This document shows positions 34,597-44,510 of a DNA stretch of 54,741 nucleotides, in pieces. Each line of letters starts with the position of its first letter. Position 1 is the stretch's first letter. A program made the position numbers and the translations under genes. The notes below the pieces were generated by a model. It was not told where the DNA came from. It saw nothing but the letters and a program-made list of their open reading frames with translations, and did not search any database. Source of the stretch: a virus. Its lineage: Duplodnaviria > Caudoviricetes. The DNA is taken from IMG/VR virus record IMGVR_UViG_3300022200_000058, positions 1-54,741 of that record. The stretch is one strand, 5' to 3'.

Positions 34597-36456
34597 ATGA
34601 GTATTTTTACAAAAACAAATGACTTTAGAAAAACTCTTGAAAATTTACCTAGAGAAGATTTACTTGAAATAATTAAAGCTCAAGACCCAGAGCTAATTAA
34701 ACAGATAAACAGAATTGAATGGGTTTTTGAAAATAAGCTTTCCCATCTTTCTTGGGGCGATGGCTCCCCTGTAATGAATAGGCAGATGACTAATAGAGAG
34801 CTTTCTTTGTTGGTCGATGAGCCTTTTGAGGTTGACAAAGATCTTTTATCTTCTGGAGTTTCTGCCGAACTACAAAGGCAGTTGCATATTGCTAAAGATA
34901 GTGTTGTTTGGGCAAAAAACTTTTTAGATGTAAATCCAAGAGTTTATCAGATACTTATTCTTCGTGACCCTTCCTTAAGAAAAGTGCTAAGAGCTGGTCG
35001 TCGTTTAGGTAAAACTTTCTCTATGGCAATCCAGCTTCTGCATTATTCTTACACGAATAAAGATGGTAGATCTCTAGTTGTTGCACCAATGAAAACCCAG
35101 GTAGAACTCATCTATCAGGAGATAATAAGAATAGCACAAAAAAACGATATTGTAATGAATTCAATTACGAGGAAAGTAACCAGTCCTCAGTTTATGATCC
35201 AATTTTCAAACGGGTCCACAATTAGATTCTTTACCTCAGGTATGAGGTCAGGTGGAAAATCAGACGTTGCTCGTGGTCAGGAAGCTCATCTAATTATTCT
35301 TGACGAGATGGACTATATGCATTCAGGGGACCTTGATGCACTTTATGCGATGTTGCAGAAAACAGCAGAGGATCAGCCAGATAAGGTTTTAATGGGTGCT
35401 TCTACTCCAACTGGTAGAAGGGAAAGATTTTGGGAATGGTGCAGGTCTGAAAGGTTCCAAGAGTTTTGGTTTCCTTCATATTGCAATCCATTTTTCAGCA
35501 AAGAGCAAGAAGAAGAGTTTAGGGAGCAATATTCTCCATCTGGTTATCGTCATGAAATAGAAGCTGATTGGGGTGAAGATTCTGAAGGCGTATATCCAAG
35601 GAAGTTTGTAGACATGGCTTTTACTGATCCGGGTTGGGATTATATACCTGAGATAAATTCTGCAAGATCATTTCACGTAATAGGTGTTGACTGGGATAAA
35701 TATGGAGCTGGTACAAATATAGTTGTTTGTGAAGTTTGTGCAGACAACCACGAAGATGAAAGAGCAAGGGGTAAGGTTAAACTTTGCTATAGAGAAGAAA
35801 TAAGTAAATCAGAATATACTTTAACTAAAGCTGTTGATAGAATAATTGAATTAAACGAAATATTTAACCCTAGACACATATATGTTGACAGGGGCTTTGG
35901 AGAAGTTCAAGTAGAGCTTTTGACTAAATATGGAGTTGAAAACCCAAGGTCAAAAATGAGAGAGAGGGTAAAGGGAATTGGTTTTGGTGAAAGTATAGAT
36001 GTCAGAGATCCCTATACTAAATTAATGACCAAAAAAGAAATGAAGCCTTATATGGTAGATAATTTAAGGCAATTTTTAGAAAATGAAAAAATACTTTTTT
36101 CTGCACATGATGACGAAATGTATATGCAGCTAATATCATATGTCGTAGTAAGAACTACTGCAACTGGTAGACCTGTTTTTGAAGCTGGTGGTTCTGCAAT
36201 GGATCATGCACATGATGCGTTAATGTTGGCATTGTTGGCTGTTGAGCAAAATTATGGAGACTTAAACAAAATGTCATCAGCTTCTGATTCATATACTTTT
36301 TCAAATTCTATTTTTGTTAAAAGTATTTCTGATGATGATGACGATAATGATGGTACTAGTCCAGTAATGGTTATAGGAAAAAGAGCATCCGCAGTAGGCG
36401 CTAAGTCAGGTTTTAGTAGAAGATCTAATTCTACGTATAAGAGAAGCATGTTTTAA
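34597..36456 (+). CDS. terL: Terminase large subunit
   Basis: AGRRLGKT, IILDE, ASTP, GVDW, DHAHDA. Confidence 0.93.
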   Translation: MSIFTKTNDFRKTLENLPREDLLEIIKAQDPELIKQINRIEWVFENKLSHLSWGDGSPVMNRQMTNRELSLLVDEPFEVDKDLLSSGVSAELQRQLHIAKDSVVWAKNFLDVNPRVYQILILRDPSLRKVLRAGRRLGKTFSMAIQLLHYSYTNKDGRSLVVAPMKTQVELIYQEIIRIAQKNDIVMNSITRKVTSPQFMIQFSNGSTIRFFTSGMRSGGKSDVARGQEAHLIILDEMDYMHSGDLDALYAMLQKTAEDQPDKVLMGASTPTGRRERFWEWCRSERFQEFWFPSYCNPFFSKEQEEEFREQYSPSGYRHEIEADWGEDSEGVYPRKFVDMAFTDPGWDYIPEINSARSFHVIGVDWDKYGAGTNIVVCEVCADNHEDERARGKVKLCYREEISKSEYTLTKAVDRIIELNEIFNPRHIYVDRGFGEVQVELLTKYGVENPRSKMRERVKGIGFGESIDVRDPYTKLMTKKEMKPYMVDNLRQFLENEKILFSAHDDEMYMQLISYVVVRTTATGRPVFEAGGSAMDHAHDALMLALLAVEQNYGDLNKMSSASDSYTFSNSIFVKSISDDDDDNDGTSPVMVIGKRASAVGAKSGFSRRSNSTYKRSMF

Positions 36457-36464
36457 GGTTTTTT

Positions 36465-38090
36465 ATGGCTAACCCAATTAAAGATACAAATGTAGAGTCT
36501 TCAGGTAGTTATGGTTTTGCTGCCCCTGATGAGACCTTTTTTGTTGATCCCACGAACAAAGATGTACGAAAAGCACTTGGAACCGAGGCTTCATATTCTT
36601 TAGCTTTTTCTGGATTTAGAGATACGTATACTGTGCCTTATAATGAGGTTTTTAAAGAGGTTGTAAACGCAGAAAATATTCTCTATTTGATGATGACAAG
36701 AATAGAGGACAATCTTCTTAGAAAGGTTTACATAGAACCTGCTATAGATTTAGACCTAGAAAAGTGTCATTATAGGGTATGGGAAGAGGCATCTTCAAAT
36801 ATGGATATACCGGCTTTTTCCTCAGATATTGTAACTATTCCAGAGAATCATAATGAGATTATAGCGAAAGATAATCCACCCAGCTATATTTGCTTTGATG
36901 AGTATCTGTATGCAGAAAAGTCTAACACGACCGCCTGCAGAAGGTTTGTTACAGAGTATATTGATGCAATTTCTCATTCTACTTTTTCGTATTTGTTTCA
37001 GATGAGAAAAGCTATTAAGTATATGTTTAATGAAATTGGATGTATAAAAAAATCTTTATTATCAGACATTGGAGGTGTATATGATAATGAATCACAGCAA
37101 AAGATTGCAATACACTATGAAGGATGGGCTAAAAAAGCAGTACACTATTCGAACAGGATCTCGAAAACAATCGGCACAAAAGCAGAAGAGATCCCACAAT
37201 CCGAATTGGATACTATCTCAAAGAAACAAGCCGCAAAACTTCAAGCTTTTTTTGCGATCAGATTAAACGCTGTTGATTCAGAGATTGAAGATTTACTCTC
37301 TAGTTTAAAGAGAGATTTGTTAGATAATTGTGATATTTTTTATGAGAAGTTTTTATCTCCTGCAATTAAAATAACTAAAGATATTTCTTCACCACTGTTG
37401 CTTGATTTTCAGACAACAGATATAAAGCAGAAAAGTCCAACGTTAGCTGGAGAAATAGCATTTGCTACTAATATTATTCAGGGAAATTTTGTTTCCATAG
37501 AAGCAGATTATATTGAACGACACTCTGCACTAACTGCAAAAATGGAAGCATTTTTTAACTTAATAATAGATAAGAAAAAGTATTCTGCTTACATAACTCA
37601 ATTAGGTTCTATAGCATCTTCAAAAAGAAAAGTTCTTAAAGAAGTTGATAAAGATGTTTACTCATCATTGTTTAAATCTGTATTTGTAGATTCTGAGCCA
37701 AATATTAATTTGACCTCTAATCACTCACTTTTAGATGGTTTAGATAATGACGACCATCCTCAGTATTTATTAAAGTCTGGCGGAAATGTAACTGGAAATA
37801 TAACACTAGAAGATGGTGTTACTATAGACGGTGTTGACGTAAATTTGCATTCACACACTGGTTCTGATGGATCTTTAAGAATTAAATCTTTTGATATAGA
37901 TTATGAAACGGCAAGAGTTTTATATCCAGAGGATTACACAAAAGATCCTGTTTCTTTAAGTATAGAAAGATTCATAGAGACTATAGAAGAGGGTGGAATA
38001 CCTAGGTTTGATGCGGTGGTATTAATTGAAGTTTTAGACGAAACTTTATCCAACCATCAGTATGATCTACTTTATTCGGAGATAGAGTAA
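36465..38090 (+). CDS. Putative virion structural protein
   Basis: C-terminal HSLLDGLDNDDHPQYL and IDGVD motifs typical of fibre-like proteins. Confidence 0.55.
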   Translation: MANPIKDTNVESSGSYGFAAPDETFFVDPTNKDVRKALGTEASYSLAFSGFRDTYTVPYNEVFKEVVNAENILYLMMTRIEDNLLRKVYIEPAIDLDLEKCHYRVWEEASSNMDIPAFSSDIVTIPENHNEIIAKDNPPSYICFDEYLYAEKSNTTACRRFVTEYIDAISHSTFSYLFQMRKAIKYMFNEIGCIKKSLLSDIGGVYDNESQQKIAIHYEGWAKKAVHYSNRISKTIGTKAEEIPQSELDTISKKQAAKLQAFFAIRLNAVDSEIEDLLSSLKRDLLDNCDIFYEKFLSPAIKITKDISSPLLLDFQTTDIKQKSPTLAGEIAFATNIIQGNFVSIEADYIERHSALTAKMEAFFNLIIDKKKYSAYITQLGSIASSKRKVLKEVDKDVYSSLFKSVFVDSEPNINLTSNHSLLDGLDNDDHPQYLLKSGGNVTGNITLEDGVTIDGVDVNLHSHTGSDGSLRIKSFDIDYETARVLYPEDYTKDPVSLSIERFIETIEEGGIPRFDAVVLIEVLDETLSNHQYDLLYSEIE

Positions 38091-38091
38091 A

Positions 38092-39144
38092 ATGATTTGG
38101 TTTAAATATTTAAAGTCTGGACAAAGTACTTCTATAGCAGCAGAAAATACTAACTACTCTTACCCTCAAGTGAAAAGGGCTATTGAAAGATTTTCTCCTG
38201 ATGTAGATATTCCAAAAGATTTTTGGCTCTCTGTAGATGTCTCTAGTTTAGCAATTGACTCATATATAAATAGTTCTTTAGAGTCTTCAATAGATGAAAC
38301 TTCTTACCTTGTTGTTTATGAAAGTATTTTAAGAAATAATGATTTTACACCAGTACAAACTAAAATAAAAGATGGAATTTTATATTTTAAAGCAGCTGAA
38401 AATCATGAAGCAAATGTATTCATCCCTAAACAATACGCTCTTTACTATAAAACTCCGAATTTACAGAATGTAACTCCTGTAACTAATGGTTCGTTAACAT
38501 CTTATAAGGTTAGTGATTCAAGTAATCCTTACAATCCAGGAGAATTGACTGGTGATCTTAGTTTATATTCTGTGTCTTTGGGTGATATAAATTATTATAA
38601 TTTTTCTTTTGTAAATTCTGGATTAGATTGGGAGAATGGCAGGTCAATAGAAAATAATGCAAAGGTATATATAAATTTCCTAGGACCTACTTTTAATCTT
38701 TATGGTGATAAAGGTGTTGATTATGGAAAATTATCTTATAGGATAAAACCAGCTGAGCAGCTTCCTGATGACGTTATTAGTAATGATTTTACGGTAGTAG
38801 ATTGTTATGAAGCGACTAACTCCTTTGATCAAAATCTAATTTCTGTTTCTAGTTTAGATAAAAGAGAATATGTTATGGAAATAGTTGCTACCGGTGAAAA
38901 AAATATATTAGCACAAAATAGTTATATAAAGTTATCAAAATTTGATTTTGTTTTTGATTTAGATTTGCAATTATCTAACGAGTCTTTAAGTACTAATATA
39001 AATTTCGTATCTTTAACCCCAACCTCTTCTCAGGGCTCTGTCGGTGGTGATCCCGTGTACGATAATTCTGGAGGTTCATCTGGAACTATAACAGATACCA
39101 ATGTTAGAGATGTTAGAATACTTCACATAATGGAAGTGATGTGA
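38092..39144 (+). CDS. Putative virion structural protein (beta-rich)
   Basis: Position and composition. Confidence 0.55.
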   Translation: MIWFKYLKSGQSTSIAAENTNYSYPQVKRAIERFSPDVDIPKDFWLSVDVSSLAIDSYINSSLESSIDETSYLVVYESILRNNDFTPVQTKIKDGILYFKAAENHEANVFIPKQYALYYKTPNLQNVTPVTNGSLTSYKVSDSSNPYNPGELTGDLSLYSVSLGDINYYNFSFVNSGLDWENGRSIENNAKVYINFLGPTFNLYGDKGVDYGKLSYRIKPAEQLPDDVISNDFTVVDCYEATNSFDQNLISVSSLDKREYVMEIVATGEKNILAQNSYIKLSKFDFVFDLDLQLSNESLSTNINFVSLTPTSSQGSVGGDPVYDNSGGSSGTITDTNVRDVRILHIMEVM

Positions 39145-39150
39145 TTTTTT

Positions 39151-41235
39151 ATGGCTATTATTAGAAAAAAAATAGAAAATCTAAAAGCAGGTCAGGACTA
39201 TATCCTAAGTGTGCAGGCCAGGAACTCGGACCTAAATACCACCAATGACCCACTTGCCGCAATAAGATTTACTGTACCAAGGGATAGTACAGTTCCTGCA
39301 GATATTACTAATTTAGAGCTGTACGCTTCGTTTCAAAATGTGATGTTTAAGTTTGACTTTGGCCAAGAAGAAGATATATCACATTACTTATATGAACTGT
39401 ATAGTCAGAATGATACCTCAGAGCAATATTTGGTTACTGCAGGAAGAAATGCGGCCAATGTATTTACAATTGCAGTTGAGAATAGTTCCCAGGAAGCTGG
39501 TTCAAGTGCCAACTGGAGATCCTATTGGGGTAGGGTTAAAGCTGTAGATACTTCTGGAAACGAAAGCGATTGGACCAGTTTAGTACAGACTGATGAAAAT
39601 ACTCCATTAATAGATGAGCAATTTATAGATAGCTTAACAGCCAGTAAGATCACAGCAGGTACTATAGGTGCTCATACAATTACTTTAAACGGCGCTAACT
39701 CTATTCTTCAATCATCTAATTTTTCTACAGGTAGTACAGGTTGGCAGATTAAGGGAGATGGAACAGCAGAGTTTGATTCTCAATATATTAGAGGTAACTT
39801 AAATGCTGGCAGTGTGACCATTGGTGCCGGAACTTATAATTATTGGAATAAGAGCGGCGCAGAAAATGACTTTAGAGTTGGAGATTCAACTACATATCTT
39901 TTATGGGATAATAGCGAAGGAACGCTAACAGTTGCCGGAGATGCTACAATTAGCGGAACATTATCTAGTGTTGATGGAACTTTTAGCGGAACCCTAAATG
40001 CTGTTGATGGAACCTTTAGTGGAACTCTTTCTGGTGTAGGCGGAACTTTTACCAGTAACGTTACAGTAGGTTCCCATGCAACAAATAAAATAACTATTGC
40101 CTCCGACACCACTGCGACTGGAACAAAGATTTATGCTGGAGCTGGAACTTATAATAATACAAATACAGGTTTCTATATTGATGCTAGTGGCCAATTTTCT
40201 CTTGGCAACAAACTTGCTTTTGATCAAGCAACTGGAGCCCTAAATTTAAACGGTAACCCCTCTGGTGCTAGCTCTGACCTAGTTATTGAGGGGGCAATAA
40301 TCAGAACAGTTCAGGATGTAGATGATATTGGGTCCACTACTGACGGTGTGGTCATGACCGAAAATGATATATTTTTATACAGTAGAACCACTGATGAATC
40401 ATCTATCAAGTTTCAGGGAAGTACAAGTAATATAGCTAAAATCATATCAGAAATTAAAGGTATACAGCTGAGTGCGACATCGTCACAGGGTTCTCCAATT
40501 TTTCAGGTCGGCACTAATAATACTTCAACTGAAAACTATTTAATGTACAAGTGGTATGGATACTCTTCTACTGAGGTAATGACTCTTTCTAAAAATGGAT
40601 CCTCAAACCCTTCTATTTTAGACCTTAAAAACGATACTTCTATTCTTAAAACAGGAAATATAACGTTGAGAAATGAAGGGTCATCTTCGGGTCTTTCTAT
40701 TAATTGGGATGAAGACACATCCACTGGAATATTTAGGCATAATCCTGGAACTGGATATACGGGTGTAGCCCTTGTGGCTCAGGGTATAGAGGTTCTTTCA
40801 GCCATAGCGCAAAGTCAGACAAATGGAAGAGTTAGAATGGAGGCACCTACCACAACCACCACCTCGGGCTTTGGCTTTCTGCTGCATGATAATTCACTGA
40901 ACACAGTTCATAGACATACGTCATCTAGGGATTTGAAGGATAATATTGAAACTATCGGAAATATTGATTCTTTCTTTGATGCCGTAAGGCCCGTTAGTTT
41001 TGTTAGAAAAGCTGATGATTCTATTGTAGAAACTGAAGAAGAAAAATTTATGAGACTCTCTGATATTCAGCACGGTTTTATAGCCGAAGAGCTAGCTGAA
41101 ATTTTTGATGGTAGACTAGCCACATATGATTTAGATTTTAAACCCGTTGGCTGGAGATGGCCAGATATGATTGCTATGTGTGTAGCAGAGATAAAATCCC
41201 TCAGGTCCCGAGTTGCACAGCTAGAAGCTTTATGA
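39151..41235 (+). CDS. Tail fibre/spike with FnIII-like N-terminus and C-terminal S74 intramolecular chaperone
   Basis: VKAVDTSGNES; ITAGTI; SSRDLKDNI...HGFIAEEL; terminal coiled coil. Confidence 0.8.
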   Translation: MAIIRKKIENLKAGQDYILSVQARNSDLNTTNDPLAAIRFTVPRDSTVPADITNLELYASFQNVMFKFDFGQEEDISHYLYELYSQNDTSEQYLVTAGRNAANVFTIAVENSSQEAGSSANWRSYWGRVKAVDTSGNESDWTSLVQTDENTPLIDEQFIDSLTASKITAGTIGAHTITLNGANSILQSSNFSTGSTGWQIKGDGTAEFDSQYIRGNLNAGSVTIGAGTYNYWNKSGAENDFRVGDSTTYLLWDNSEGTLTVAGDATISGTLSSVDGTFSGTLNAVDGTFSGTLSGVGGTFTSNVTVGSHATNKITIASDTTATGTKIYAGAGTYNNTNTGFYIDASGQFSLGNKLAFDQATGALNLNGNPSGASSDLVIEGAIIRTVQDVDDIGSTTDGVVMTENDIFLYSRTTDESSIKFQGSTSNIAKIISEIKGIQLSATSSQGSPIFQVGTNNTSTENYLMYKWYGYSSTEVMTLSKNGSSNPSILDLKNDTSILKTGNITLRNEGSSSGLSINWDEDTSTGIFRHNPGTGYTGVALVAQGIEVLSAIAQSQTNGRVRMEAPTTTTTSGFGFLLHDNSLNTVHRHTSSRDLKDNIETIGNIDSFFDAVRPVSFVRKADDSIVETEEEKFMRLSDIQHGFIAEELAEIFDGRLATYDLDFKPVGWRWPDMIAMCVAEIKSLRSRVAQLEAL
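39952..40050 (+). repeat. Three 33-bp in-frame tandem repeats (SGTLxxVxGTF)
   Basis: Directly visible in DNA and protein. Confidence 0.8.
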
Positions 41236-41265
41236 TAATATCATGTTCTCATCTGAGAGGTGTAC

Positions 41266-41457
41266 ATGGAAGATATAGATGTAAATATATTGATTCAAGT
41301 TTTCAATGAAAAGATAAGCGCGCTAATGACAGATATTGTAGTTAAAGATACTACAATTCGTCAGTTAAGCATGCAGTTAGAAACATTAAAAGCTGCTGCT
41401 GCCACAACTGCAGCAGCAACTACAAGTAAGAAACAATCAAAAGAAGAATTTGAGTGA
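41266..41457 (+). CDS. Small coiled-coil protein
   Basis: RBS GAGG. Confidence 0.7.
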   Translation: MEDIDVNILIQVFNEKISALMTDIVVKDTTIRQLSMQLETLKAAAATTAAATTSKKQSKEEFE

Positions 41458-41464
41458 GGTTATA

Positions 41465-41665
41465 ATGTCAGAAGTTACTGAAACAGAAGTTGTTGAGACT
41501 CCAGAGGTAAAGACAGAGTTCTCAATTGAAATTAATATTTCAAATGCGAATCTTTCCTACAGAAGTGATTTTCCAGAGGGCGAAACTGTCTTTTGGTTAG
41601 AGTCTGTTAAGAATTTGATCATTAAGAATACATTTGAGAATAACAACTTAACTGAGCAAGCGTAA
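41465..41665 (+). CDS. Hypothetical protein
   Basis: RBS GAGG before ATG at 41465. Confidence 0.7.
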   Translation: MSEVTETEVVETPEVKTEFSIEINISNANLSYRSDFPEGETVFWLESVKNLIIKNTFENNNLTEQA

Positions 41666-41724
41666 GTTGTAAAGGTATAAAAAGATAACTACTATTATAC
41701 CTAGTTCTATTTTTGGAGATTTAA

Positions 41725-43368
41725 ATGGCCGTACGTGACTACCTGCCATTCAGGCAATTGGATACAAAGTCAAAGACTTCTTTGGAAGCTACTACTTTGA
41801 GTGATGATCAAATAAGATCAGTCAACAAGATAATGAAGGTAGCAGCCCTTGCCCTCGGGTATCAAGGAACTACGTACTACTATAATAATAGAACAAACTT
41901 TGAGCCATCTCCTTATAATTTTGATAGGATTATACAGGCTGTAGATACAGACTCTTATGTGAAACAAGCTATCACTAAGTATAAGGAACTCTTCTGGAAA
42001 GAAGGTTGGCAGATAGTTGGTGAAAATCCAGAAGCTGTAGAATACTTATATCAAAGAATAGACTTTATGGAAATGGCAATGAAAAGGCCATTTCTTGAAT
42101 TTTTAATAGAGGTATCTGATCAGCTATTGAAATTTGCCAATGCCTTTGTCGTTAAAGCAAGGGGTGATTTGACTGGATATTTCCCCTCCAACATATCCCC
42201 CATAAATGCTTCGGACACATTGGTAGGGTATTACCTGATACCGACTGAGCAAGTAAGAATACTTAGAGATAGATTTAATAGACCAAAGTCTTATCAGCAG
42301 CAAACCGATCCTCTCACCTATGCACCGACTGAAAAAGATCCAGTTTGGGCAGCAGATAGGGTAATACATTTACATTTTGATAAAAAGCCAGGGAGAGCTT
42401 TTGGTACTCCATTTTTATCAAATGTATTAGACGACGTTGTTGCATTGAGGCAGATGGAAGAGGATATACAAAATCTTGTTCATAGAGAGCTATTTCCTCT
42501 ATATAAATACAGAATCGGAACTCCTGAGCAGCCAGCGGAACCAGATGAAATACTAAAAGCCGCATCTGAGATCGAAAGTATGAGGACAGAAGGTGGCTTA
42601 ATACTTCCTCATCGTCATGATATTGATATTGTAGGATCAAATAATCAGGCACTTGACGCCAGTGCATATATTGATCATTTCAAAGAACGTGTTGCCGTAG
42701 GGCTTGGTGTTGCACCTCATCACCTTGGGATGATGATGAACGGTGGGAATAGGTCGGTAACTGAGAGACTTGATACAGCACTGTATGACAAGGTAAAGCA
42801 GTATCAAAAAATATTTGCAGAGGTTGTTAGGGTTCATATCTTTAACGAGCTTTTGTTAGAGGGCGGATTTGATCCAATAGCAACACCTTATAGTGATGGA
42901 ACTTCCGATAGATGTTATTTCAAATTTAACGAAATTGACGTAGATACTCAGGTTAAGAAGGAAACACATATTATACAAAAGTATGTTAACTCCGTTATTA
43001 CTCTTTCTGAGGCAAGAACACAGTTAGGTGTTGACCCAGACGCAGATATGGACAATCTCTTCCAGAGTATACAAGCTGATACTCAAATGAAAATGCAACA
43101 AGCACAAATGTCCATGAAAGCTGGAACAGATGTTCAGCGAGATGGCGATAAGCAACAATCTGCTGGTCGCGGTCAAAGAAATCTGCCAAATAATAGAAGA
43201 GGCCCTGGAAATACTATACGTCCAGCAAATCAGCAAGGTAGACAAACTTCTCCGAACATAAAGAGAGCAGATAGTAGCCTACTTAGTGCAGTTGAAAGTT
43301 TACTTGAAGAAGAGTATAATGTGGTTATTATTGACGAAGAAAGTGAAGTGAATTTAAATGAAGATTAA
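41725..43368 (+). CDS. Portal protein
   Basis: VIHLH...AFGTP, LGVAPHHLG, ITLSEARTQLG; position before the protease and capsid genes. Confidence 0.88.
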   Translation: MAVRDYLPFRQLDTKSKTSLEATTLSDDQIRSVNKIMKVAALALGYQGTTYYYNNRTNFEPSPYNFDRIIQAVDTDSYVKQAITKYKELFWKEGWQIVGENPEAVEYLYQRIDFMEMAMKRPFLEFLIEVSDQLLKFANAFVVKARGDLTGYFPSNISPINASDTLVGYYLIPTEQVRILRDRFNRPKSYQQQTDPLTYAPTEKDPVWAADRVIHLHFDKKPGRAFGTPFLSNVLDDVVALRQMEEDIQNLVHRELFPLYKYRIGTPEQPAEPDEILKAASEIESMRTEGGLILPHRHDIDIVGSNNQALDASAYIDHFKERVAVGLGVAPHHLGMMMNGGNRSVTERLDTALYDKVKQYQKIFAEVVRVHIFNELLLEGGFDPIATPYSDGTSDRCYFKFNEIDVDTQVKKETHIIQKYVNSVITLSEARTQLGVDPDADMDNLFQSIQADTQMKMQQAQMSMKAGTDVQRDGDKQQSAGRGQRNLPNNRRGPGNTIRPANQQGRQTSPNIKRADSSLLSAVESLLEEEYNVVIIDEESEVNLNED

Positions 43369-43666
43369 GCTTACAAATCAAGCTCATATATCGTATGCAA
43401 GAACAGAAGATGCCTGTGAGGCATTTAGAAGAGCTGTTGGGAATGGTCAGGCTAGATTGGCCCTAGAAATGATGGTCGACATAGTTAACTATATAGAATC
43501 ACTACCTGATATTGAGACAGCTGACCCCCCCAGTGCTGAAATCACATCAAAGCAGGCAGTTAAAGAGGTCACTAAAAATGAATCACCTCGTACTGCAGCT
43601 AAAAAGCAACCCGCTGCAAAGGCGCAGTCCTCAAAGGTAGAAGAGGGTACTAAAGAGGAAGACTGA
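43358..43666 (+). CDS. Hypothetical protein
   Basis: Overlaps the portal stop. Confidence 0.7.
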   Translation: MKIKLTNQAHISYARTEDACEAFRRAVGNGQARLALEMMVDIVNYIESLPDIETADPPSAEITSKQAVKEVTKNESPRTAAKKQPAAKAQSSKVEEGTKEED

Positions 43667-44434
43667 ATGAAAATTGTAATAGGTTGCCCAATCTACAAGA
43701 GGGATTGGATACTTCCGCTTTGGATTAAGAGTATAAGGGCTCAGAATATAAACTTCAAAGACGTTGGATTTATATTTGAGGTATCTCCTGACGATGAAGC
43801 TACAGTTTCGATGTTAGAGGAATGGAAATCTTCAGATACTGGTGTTGGATCTATAGAAATAAATACAAGAGACGATATTGCTCACTTTGCCCATAAGGAT
43901 AATGGAAGACAGTGGACTTTATCTAAGTACGAAAATATGGTATCTCTTAGAAATTCTATACTTCAAAGGGTTAGGGAAATATCTCCAGAATACTATTTTA
44001 GCTTAGATTCAGATATACTTTTAGTTAATCCTAGTACGATTAGACTACTTACGTCACATATAGATGACGGTGCAGATGCAGTAAACCCATTAATGTTCAT
44101 GACTCCTATTGGGACGGATTACCCAAGTGTAATGAGCTGGAAGACTGAGGAGCCAAATAGGGCTTATCGAGAGTCTAGTTATCCACTTGGTACGTATTTT
44201 AAATCAGATGTGATAATGGCTGCAAAAGTAATGAGTAGAAAAGTTTATGAAAATATAGACTATACTGTTCATAGGCAGGGTGAAGATGTGGGTTGGTCGC
44301 TCTCGTGTAGGGAGGCTGGTTACAATCTCTTTTGCGCTTCATATCTGTATGGGGTGCATGTTATGTCTGAATTAGCTCTTCAGGAAATAATAAAAAGCGG
44401 AGATCCCAGATCAAATGTTCTGCAATCAATATAA
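43667..44434 (+). CDS. GT-A fold glycosyltransferase (GT2-like)
   Basis: IVIGCPIYKR, SLRN, LDSD, GEDVGW. Confidence 0.85.
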   Translation: MKIVIGCPIYKRDWILPLWIKSIRAQNINFKDVGFIFEVSPDDEATVSMLEEWKSSDTGVGSIEINTRDDIAHFAHKDNGRQWTLSKYENMVSLRNSILQRVREISPEYYFSLDSDILLVNPSTIRLLTSHIDDGADAVNPLMFMTPIGTDYPSVMSWKTEEPNRAYRESSYPLGTYFKSDVIMAAKVMSRKVYENIDYTVHRQGEDVGWSLSCREAGYNLFCASYLYGVHVMSELALQEIIKSGDPRSNVLQSI

Positions 44435-44510
44435 ATTTGTATAAATTTGTTCAATGTTATAAAAACAAATTTACTAGTATGGATAGACTAAAATCAAAAA
44501 GGTGCACAAT

